From Prorocentrum cordatum (lineage: Eukaryota), in NCBI GenBank assembly GCA_963575745.1, contig CAUYUJ010000001.1, positions 1,116,001 to 1,180,000 on the forward strand: a DNA stretch of 64,000 nucleotides, written 5' to 3'. Below, one piece after another: positions 48,601 through 59,100 of the stretch (its first letter is position 1; each line of letters begins with the position of its first letter). The translations under genes and the position numbers were made by a program. The notes under the pieces were generated by a model. The model was not told the DNA's origin. It worked only from the letters and a program-made list of their open reading frames with translations, and did not search any database.

Positions 48601-50066
48601 CCGCGACCCACCCGCGACCCACCCCGCGACCCGCCCGCGGTCCACCCCGCGGTCCACCCCGCGACCCACCCGCGACCCACCCGCGACCCACCCGCGACCC
48701 ACCTGGCGACCCACCCGCGACCCATTTTCGACCCAAACCACGTTCAAGGTACAAACCACCATTTTCAGCGCCTGCGGCGGGTTTTTTTGCATTCCTTCCA
48801 TGTGGAGAACCCGCGACCAACCCGCGACCCAAACCACGTTCAGGGTACAAACCACATGTTTCGGCGCCTGCGGCGGGCATCTTTTGCATTCGTTTCAGGT
48901 GGAGAGCCCGCGGCCTACCCGCGACCATGTTCAGGGTACAAACCAAATTGTTCGGCGCCTGCGGCGGGCATCTTTTGCAGTCGTTCCCGGTGGGGAACCC
49001 GCGGCCCACCCGCGACCCAAACCACATTCAGTGTACAAACCAAATGTTTCGGCGCCTGCGGCGGGCTGCTTTTGCATTCCTTCCAGGTGGAGGTGGAGAG
49101 CCCGCGACGCACCCGCGACCCAAACAACGTTCACTGAACAAACCAATGCCGCACAAGCGCGGCGGCGGATTTTTGCATGCCGTCTGAGCCCGCAACGACC
49201 TCTTCAAGCCCCGCGCATCCACGCCAGCCCGTCCAGCAACTTTGCCCTGGCGAGTTGCCTTGATCAGAGAAGTCGGGGAGCATAAAGTGGAAAAAAGGAT
49301 TGCGTTGCCGTTATCTTGGGAAAGGAGGGGGAGGCAGGAGGAGTAAACAGGGGACGAGGAGGACGCGGAAGAAGAGAGGATGTAAGGAGAATGAGGAGAA
49401 AGAGGAGGAGGAGGAGGAGGAGCAGGAGGAAGCCATTTGGCCTCTTGCGGGCCAGCCGATCCCGATCGATCCATCGGGGTCGGTCGGCGCCTGCCGCCCG
49501 ATCGATCGCGGTGGCAGGGCGCATCGCGCATCGGCCAGCCCCCGAGGCCGGGCTCACGCGCGCCGCGCGCCATCTTCTGCGGCAGGGGGCCACCCGTGCC
49601 TCCCTGTCCCCTGCCGCAGGCCGCGGCGCTCGCGGCCGCGCTGCGGCCCACCGGCGGGACGCCGCCACATCGCCGAGGAGGAGGTCCAGAGGGCGCTGCA
49701 CACCGCCGTGAGCGGCAGCAGAGAGCCCAGGACAGGCTCCTGCTCCGCCTGCGGGCGGCGGCCGAGCGCCTGGCCGCCCACCACTCTGCCCAGCCAGCGA
49801 TGGCACGAGACGGGAAGGGCAGAGGCAGCGGTGGACGAGGCGGCAAGGGCCACGCCCAGGAAGGAGCAGCGCCGCCAGCAGCGCCCCCTTGGCGCCAGGA
49901 GAGGTGGCAGGGCGCTGGATGGCAAGAACAGCAGTGGCATGCGGAGCCAGCAGGCGAGGACCCGCCCTGGCGCAGACCGCTATCACGGCCGCGGCGCTCT
50001 GGCCAGGCCAGCCCTCGCCAATGGCAACCGCAGCAGCAGCAGCAGCAGCAGCCCAGCCAGCCCCCA

Positions 50067-50109
<43 letters not shown>

Positions 50110-53100
50110 TGCCGCAGCAGCCCAGGGCGGGCAAAGGCGGCCAGGCCAGCTCCAGCAAAGCGGACCAGAGGGCTCAAAAAGTCATTGACTCTGTGGCAGC
50201 CTGCACGCTGGACGAGGCCACCTCCCACCCAAAGTGGCAGGCGCCCCCAGCCGACCGCGCAGGCATCCAGAAGTTTCTGAGCAGCGCTGACCAGAGGCTG
50301 AGGAAGCTCGGCGACCTGGTCGTCGCCAAGCAGGCCGCGGGCGACAGCACGAAGGAGCAGTTGATGGACATCTCGGTCATCAAATACCAGAAGCTGGTCA
50401 CGAGGAGGCCGAATGACCAGCTGCAGGTGCTCAGCAAGAGGCGCAAGGCCGTCAAACTCGAAGTCATCGCCCTCGAGGCCAAGACGAACGAGCTGCGGGA
50501 CGACCTCAAGGCCAAGCAGCAGGAGTTGAGGCAGCTCGAGTCCAACATCGCCGACGCGCGGGCCGTGCTCGCCGACGGCGGCGCGGCGGACGACGAGGGC
50601 GACTGGGACACGGACGGGTTTGGCTTGGCGCCGAGCTGGGGTGCCTTCCACAAGGCCGTGATCGATAGGCGCCTGAACAGCGAAGCACCTGGTGACGGAT
50701 TTCCAGCTTGGCCAGCGGGAGTGGTGGGGCGCTCGCCACGCTCAAGAGCCAGCTCGGCAGGCAGCGCAACCAGAGGCTTCGCCGATCAGGTGGCTAAGGC
50801 GAATGCGGAGCGGGCCCACCAGCAGCAGCGCCATGCCGAAGCCGAGCAGGAGTTTGCTGCCGAGCTGGCGGAAGTCAGGAGGGTCGCCCGAGAGCAGGCA
50901 CTCCGCCACAACGCCGAGCAGGCGAAGCTCAGGCTGGCACTCAAGGAGGAGTCAGAGCAGCTGCAGCGCATCACCGCAGCGGAGAGCGCAGCCCAGCAGC
51001 AGCAGCAGAAGCAGCAACACAAGGCTCTCCGCCACGAGATCAAGAAGCAACAAGCCGAGCAGCTCGAGTTCGCGACGCAGATGGAGGCCAGGATAATCAG
51101 CCATGACGCAGCCTTCAGTCAAGCCAAGGCAGAGGCCGAAGCGGCGACCCAGCGTGCAAATCACCTGCAAGAGCAGCTTGAGCATGCCCGAGCGGAGCAC
51201 CGAGCGCAGCCGCAGCCCCAGGACAGGGTCTACCAAGACCTGCTGCGGGCAAGAGCCGAGGCACAAGAGGCAGTGCGACAGGCCCAGCACGAGAGCGCCC
51301 AAGCGACAGCTGCAGCGGGCACTCTCAAGCAGCAGCTCACCAGGCAGGAGCTGGTCATGGAAGAGAAGCTCCAGGAGGCCAAAAAGAACCACGCCCTCGA
51401 GCTTGAAGCTGCCGCCGAATCAGCCAGGGCCCAGGCAATTGCCCAGGCCCAAGTGGTTGCCAATGCCAAGGGAAAAGGGGCCCTCCCGCCGGCAGAAGCG
51501 GCCAGGCTGCAAGGGATCGCCCAGACAGCAGCACGGCAGCAGGATCGGCTCAAGCAGACCAAAAGCGAGCTCGAGGCAGCTGAAGCCCGCATACACGAGC
51601 TCCAGCAGTACTCCAAGCTTGAGGCGGGCGCTGCGCAGCGTGCAGTACAGGTTGCACACCACGAAGCAGCGGAGCTGAGAAGCACCAACGAGGAGCGGCA
51701 GATCCCGCACGAGGTGCAGGCATTGCAGTTCGCCCTGCTAAGGACGAGGGCAGAGGAGGAGGAGATTGCGAAGGCCAGCCTGAAGGACAGGGAGGCAATG
51801 CGGGCAGAGCTCGAAGGCAGTGCTGAGCGAATAAGGTCAAGTCTCACCCGCCAAGTCATGATAGAAGAAGCGAACGCACATGACTTGCAGCTGCACACAG
51901 AGAGCCTGCGACAGGAACTGAGCAGCTACGCGGTGCAGCTGAGCGAGCAAAGGCCCAACGCAGAGGTGCAGGAGCAGGCGCTGGAGGAGGAGCCCGCCCA
52001 AGCCCCCACCTTCAGGATCGCCAGCATGGAGGAGGCCTCCGCCATGGAAGACTTTGCCAGCCAGCAGAGGACGGGCAGGGAGGAGGCCATTCACCTCGCG
52101 CTGCAAGATAGCCTCCAGCGCTCCCGCACGCTACACACCGAGCTCGACGCCATCGCAAAGAAGGAGCAGCAGGGCGCGTCGGAGACAGATGAGTTAAAGC
52201 TGAGAATGCAGAGCCTGGAAGCCATTGCAGCCAGCAGGGAACGTGAACGCAAGGCCATGGTCAGCCTGCACGCCGAGATGAGGCAACACGGGCAGGAGGG
52301 CTACGACTTCACCAAGAGGGCAGCTCATCACCTCGTCCAAGGGGGGCCACCTCCTAACGTCCCAAGAGTCCATGGACGACTACCAGGAGGCCGCCGACCT
52401 GCACGAGAAAACCAGAGGAGCAGCCGAGGCAGCGACCGCCCCAGCGGAGTCCCCCGTTGCGACCAATCTCCCAACTGGTGCAGCCGAGGAGCGCCCAGCC
52501 AACAGGGGCCGTAGGCAGAGCAGCTCCTCGCCTCGGAGGCCAGCATCAACCAGGTCAGCCAGATCAGCAGCCCGCCAGACCGACGAAGGCGATGTACCCC
52601 TCATAGAGCGTGACAGGTCCAGGAGCCCCGACAGGCCAGACCCGCTTGAGGAGGCAGAAAGATACGAGCGCGAACAAGATGATTTGCGCAGACAAGATGC
52701 TGAGGAGAAAGCACAATGGGAAGCCGCACAGATGGAGGAGGAGCTGGAGTCCGTAGTGAGGGACCACGAGGCGGAGGAGATCCAAAGGCGCTACTACGAG
52801 GAGGCCCCCTTGACCCAGTTCGGCACTGTGGGCACGCAGGACTCCCAAGCGGAGGACGACGGCTCGGAACATGCGCCGATAATCTACCCCGCCAGCTGGC
52901 CGCCCTGGAGCCAGGATCACCCCACACCCGAGGAGGGTGAGGAGATGAGGGGAATCACGCAGCACGAGGCAGACACAGACCTGGCATCCACGTCAAGGGT
53001 TAGCTCGGTACCAGCAGAGCAAGGCGACCCTCCTACTCCGACAGCATCTCAGGTGATCTTCATCCCAGCATCGCCAGCGCCACTCAGCGAGAGGTCACTC

Positions 53101-56100
53101 ACGCCCACAGTTCCATTCGGGCATGATGAGCAGCGCGGCCATGGAGGTGGAGAGGGAGCCGACAGCTTCGTATTGACCCCTCCCCCTGCATCCCAGCAGA
53201 ACGCGGAGGCGGCAGCGGCCAGCATCGAGAGGCAGTACGAGGGCATCGACATCCTAACGCGCCAGCACACCTCAGCCGCCGCCGCAGCTGCAGCCCTCGA
53301 AGAGGCGTTTGGACCCGCGCCCGCATTTCCAGGAGAAGACATCAGCCAGGCCCACAAGGGTCAGCGGGTAGACTCTGGAGAGTCAGGCATAGCACGTTTT
53401 CGTGGCCGAGTGGCCCGCAGGAGGGACGAGACAAGGGGCACAGCAACCCCCTCCCCTCCTGCAACTCCTGGAGCCGAGGAGCAGGCAGCAGCAGCGCCCG
53501 CTGGACCCCCCCGAGGGGGGGAGGGGGCCTAGCAGCGCCGCCAGGCTTCAGGTCATGCATGACAGAATTCACTGCCAGGAGGCGGCCGATGAGTCCAACA
53601 GGGCAGAGCACGACGGATGTGGGCTTTCTTCACGCTCTCCGATCAGTTCGACAGCATCGATCTCCTGGGCAGCATTGGGGAGAGCAGCTGGGGCCCAAAG
53701 CCCGCAGCACGGCAGTGGGGTCCTCCACTACGATGCTCGACCTACCCACCACCAGAGGCCTGAAAGCACGGCGGGCCCTGGGGTTATTTGCGACAGCCGT
53801 CTAGTAACAAAAAGACCAGCAGAGATTGCGACAGTCTCACACACCAGATCAGGTTCTCCCAGGAGTCCAGGGTCCCGAGGGGCCACGACTCCAAGCAGAC
53901 GTGCTACCGCAACTGGCATTGGCAGTGGGAGGGCCACTCCCAATCGCAGCAGCCAGCAACAACAGCGGTATCAGTCACCTGGGTCTCGAGGGGCCAACGT
54001 GACACCACCACGGCCGACACGAGGGCCGCCCGCCGCGTCTCGAGGGGCGCTAGGCGGCAACCAAGGAGGCACACTACCAGGGAGGAGTGATGCATCCGCC
54101 AATCTGTCAGCACTTCAGGTCACAAGCCACCAAGATGGCCGCAAGGATGCGTTACCGGCTGCCCTTGCACTCAGCGTGTCCCCCTCCGCCATCCGAGTCC
54201 ACGAGATCGAGAACGTGGAAAGGACCTTTCTCGACGGACAAAACTCGACTGGCAGCGAGGCTGAGGACGGCATGGAGCAATGCTACGAGGAGCGGAAGCA
54301 AGCGCGCGCAGTCGCAGCCTTCCGATCAGCCCAGCGGCGTGCACGCCGCGCACGGCGCGCTGCGGAGAGCCACAGTCGTCGGGACAACGGCAGCACCCAC
54401 AACAAGTACCATGCCCTGGTGGTGGATCCAGACCCGACGGACCCAGCAGCTCACCCAGCATCACCAGTGGCCCCAGTCCCGACGGACCCAAACAGCTCAC
54501 CACGGCCAAACAGGTGGAAGCCAACGCTCCCCTCGGCATCAGCGCGCTCCCACCACGGCACGGGTGCTACCAATCACCCAGACGCCCTGGATGGCGAACC
54601 TTATCGTCTACGTGACAGCATGCTCCACGCCCAATCACGCGAGCCCCTGTTCAGTGAGGCCGCGCGGGCTGGATCGGACAACTTGAACTACGATGAGGGG
54701 AGCCAAATGCCATCACTACCACCCGTGAAGCGGAGTGCGCCTCAGGCTGGGGCCATATCTCTAGCCCCGCCGACCTGCTCCGCGACATCACAGCAATCTC
54801 CAGCCCGCATTACCACTACACAAGGTCCCACTCTACAGGGCATGGAACTGGCGCCAGACGACGACATCGAGTACTCCCCCGAGTACGTCAGTGCTGAGAG
54901 AGCCAGGCGTGGCCGAAGACAACGGCAGCTCCCCACCACGGCAGCACCAGAAAGAGGCCAAACTGCAGTGCTGCCAGTTCTCAGCCAAGACCCAGTAGCC
55001 GAGACCCTTCGTGGCCGAGGCCGCGTCAACGTCTGCGCCGACGTCGACACTACGACCCTGCACAACATGGCAAGGATGGCGCTGGAGATTTGCCCATCAC
55101 GCGAACTGCCGACCAGGAGGACACACATCTACACGGACGGCAGCTACAACGGCATCCCACATACAGCCGCCTGGGCAGTAGTTATTGTCGACGAGTACGA
55201 CGACGGGCGCAACTCACGAGGCCCGTTTGGTTTTCAGGGTTTCATTGCTGGCAAGGTCACCGAGTCCCTAGACGACATGGCAAACAACGAGAAGGTGACG
55301 GCATACACAGCTGAGCTCACGGCAGTACTTTGGGCACTAATGTGGGCCCTTGGTCAAGACACCGCCGCGCCCATCGAGGTCACGCCCGATGCCCTCAACG
55401 TTATCAACCTGGCCAAAGGCGAAGCCCAATGCCACGTACATCCGAGGTTGGGGGCCGCCATTCGCACGCTTGCTGGCCTCCTCCAACAAGCCCGACCTAC
55501 CCAGTGGCACCACATTAACTCGCACATTGGGCACCCTTGGAACGAGCTCGCAGATGGGATAGCAGATCTAGCTTCGGCCAGCGACCTGGTGGACCCGAAC
55601 ATTGCAGCAGTGCAGGCGATCGCTCACAACAAGTTCCTTCCCTGGGAATGGTTACGCTCAGAGCCAGATGCGGTCAAGTCCGCATACCCTCCCTTGCGGA
55701 ACCAAGACTTCATCATCGAGGCCACCCAGCCGCAGGCAGCCCCAGGTGCGATCCAGAGGCCCATCAGCACCACCACCATCAAGGCCGACCTCAACGTGAA
55801 TTTGTGCACCTACAACTGCAGATCACTCAAGGCCGCCGTCAGCTTCAAGTCGGGCAAAGGCAAGGCGGCCGGCAAAAGCAAGCAGAGCCTCTCCAAGGTC
55901 ACGCACCTAGCAGCACAGTTTGCTGACATGGGCCTGCACGTCGTGGCCCTCCAGGAGACGCAGAGCGAAGGAGACGTCCGCAACGTAGGAGAATATGTTT
56001 GCTACTCCTCAGGCCACACGCAGCAGAACAGAGGATGCGACATCTGGCTCAACGTCTCCCAGCCAATCAGTGCGAGTGGGGCAGCGAAGTACCTAAGTGC

Positions 56101-59100
56101 CAAACACACCCTCGTCCTCCACCAGCACGACAGGCTCTTGATCATCAAGACCCGCGTTGCAGGCACAGACATGGTCATCGCCTCAGCATATGCACCCCAC
56201 GAAGACTCCCACGCGGCTGAGAAGAGAGAATTCTGGGAGTCTGCTCAGCGATTGTCTGCCAAGTATCGCGTGGACATCTTTATGGGGGACCTGAACGGGC
56301 GTATTGGCGACTACGAGTCCCCAGGAGTTGGCACCAGTGGGTACCCAGAAGCGACCAACGGCAATGGCAAGCACATCATCAGCTTCGCTGCCGACACCAA
56401 CATGGAGGTCATCAACACCACGAGGGATCCAGGCAACAACTCATTTACGCATGTCGGATCGAAGGGGCAGCACCACAGGATAGACTACATCCTGCTGAGC
56501 TCCTCGATCGCCCCGTACGTTGCGAGCTGCAGCACGGAGCCAGGTCTGGACCGAGGCACAGCTGCACAAGACCACATACCAGTACTCGCCACCCTCAAGT
56601 GGGCCGTCTGCAAGACCACCAAGGCCTCAGGACCGAGGCCCGACCTGACCAACTTGAACAACGACGTCGCCAAGGCCAGCTTCAAGGAGATTCTCAAGCA
56701 GGCCCCGATCATCCCCTGGGAGGTGGACGTCAACACCCACTGCGAGGAGGTCACCAGGGTCGTCAACGACGCGGCCATCCAGGCCTTCGGCAAGGCCGTC
56801 AAGGCAGCGAGGAAGCCCTACGTCACCAAGACTACCATGGGCCTAATCCGAGCCAGGCGCCTCACACTCCGAGTCCACCGCGCACTGCTCAGAGGAGAAG
56901 CCCATGACGACCGACCTGGACGACTAGTAGCCCACGCCCACTCTCTTCTTGGAAGCGAAGTCGGGGACTCACTGTCCCTGTGGAGCAGAGAGCGTGGCGA
57001 CGACGATGGCACCATCCACGACATCCACGACTACGCGCACCTCCTCCTGAACTGGACGATCTCGCCCATGGTCTACGCCATGGCCATCCTTTCCTTCCTC
57101 ACCAGGTCCGGGCCCTTCGTTGCCTCGGCCGTCGAGAAGGACCGTAGTGCATTCCTCAGTCGGCTTGCCTCAACTGCGTCCTCCGCCTCCGCTGCGAACG
57201 ACGCTGCGGCCCAGTGGAAGGCCTACCGCGACCTACTAAGGTATGGCGGGAGGAAGGCGAAGTTCCCAGCAGGAAAGCCGATGCGGCTCGACAAGGATGG
57301 AGAGGTGATCCACAACTCCCAGGACATGGCGGACCAGGAGCTCAACCATTTCGCGAAGATACAGGCGGGCAAGATCGTGACAGCGGATGATCTTGCCAAC
57401 AAGTACAATCACGACAGCAAGACCAGGCCCTTCGACGGCATGCTGGATCTCTCGATGGTGATGCCCCTGGCCGTCTGCCAGGCCCAGTTCGCTGCGGCCA
57501 AGGCTGGGACGCAAGGAGGCCCTGACGGGCTCACGAACGCTGTCCTCAGGGCGGCCCCTACAGAGGCAGCAAGGCTACTGCACCCCCTCTTCACCAAGGT
57601 GGCGACCACCGTACGGGAGCCGCTGAGCTTCAAGGGTGGGGACCTGGTCGCAATTCCCAAAGGAAAAGGCGACCCACGGTACCTCCAAGTCTACCGCGAG
57701 ATCCTCTTAAACAACGTCCTGGGCAAGCACCACCATAAATACCTAAGGGCCATGCTCAACACTACCCTCGCCATAGCGCTGGAGGACATCCAGGTTGGCG
57801 GCCGGCCCAAGCGAGGGGCAGACATGGCGGTCCTAGCAGCGCGCCTCTTCACAGAGGGAAGTCAGGCCCAAGGGAAGTGCTCCATGATTAGCTGCTACGA
57901 CTTAAAGGAGCCCTTCTACTCGGTTGTAGTCCAGCTGGTCCATGGCATCCCAGGCGAGGAGGACGAGGTCAAGGAGGTGCTAGAAAACCTCGAAGTTCCC
58001 CTGTGGGCCCAGCCACAACTGGAGCACCTCATGGCCAACCCAGGGATACTCGACACAGTGTTGGACGGCTCCCACCTGGCTGCCCTCATTGCAGAAGGTT
58101 ACCGCAACAGGTGGACATCACACAGGTTCTCCCAGAACCTCATGGCGCCGCACAAGGGCACGAGGCCTGGCGTGCCCCTGGCCGACGCGGACTTCAATCT
58201 GCTATTCGGCCGAGTCCACCGCATGATTGACAGCTACCTTGCGCAGCGAGGGCTACGACCCCAGGGCAAGCCCCTTGACAGCAGCTTCGCATGCGACACC
58301 GACCCCACAGATGGGCCACTCCAGGAGCATGAACCTCACGGCCTATCGTTCGTCGACGACCTAACGGGCATGCACGTGTTCACCAGCCCCGACCACATTC
58401 AGTATGAGGCCACGGGGTTCTGCGAAGCCGTCTACTGCGCCGCCAGCACCTTCGGCCTCCAGCTGCAGCTCACCAAGACCAAGGTGATGATCGACTTCAG
58501 TGGGCCTGGGAGCCGGCAAGCTCGGGCCAGCTTCTATTCCAATGGAGTTCCGAGGATCGAGGTCCCCCTCGCAGAGAGTTACGTCGAGGTTGTTCGTCAC
58601 CACAAGCTCCACGGGACCTACGTGACCGACAATGCATCCCCTGGGTGGATGTCGCAGTGAAGGTAGCCACTGCAGCGACATCCACGAGGCCTCTCCATCG
58701 CGAAGTCCACCGACGCTCAGAGCTGGCCATCAAAGACAAGGCCTACCTAGCCGACAGTGTGGTGCTATCCCAGCTACTATACAATGCGTCTACCTGGCCT
58801 GAACTCACAGCAGGCCAGGCCAGGAATTTCAACAACCAGTATATCGTGAACTACGCTGCCGCGCAAAGGATCACTTGGAAAGCACGACAGAAAAAGGAGG
58901 TCACGAACACCCAGATTCTCGAAGGGGTCGACAAGCTGCCCCCAGAGATAGTCCTACGACTTGAGCGGCTACGACTATGTGGTAGATGCCTCAACTGGGG
59001 ACCCCTGCACCTCCGCCGACTACTTAGCCAAGCATGGGATGGTAGTTACGGCTGGGTGGCACTGCTCCGCCGCGACTTAGACTGGGTCCGCGACCACACA

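Noticed and set aside
48730..49180. ~90-bp periodic array next to the RT-encoding element
   Set aside because: It lies outside the TSD, whole units are homologous, and its left flank recurs at 12810-12980; an unrelated minisatellite element.
49437..49799. ORF-track start of ORF1 at 49437
   Set aside because: It starts at a non-ATG codon within the SL-like motif and hairpins; ATG 49800 is the more plausible start.
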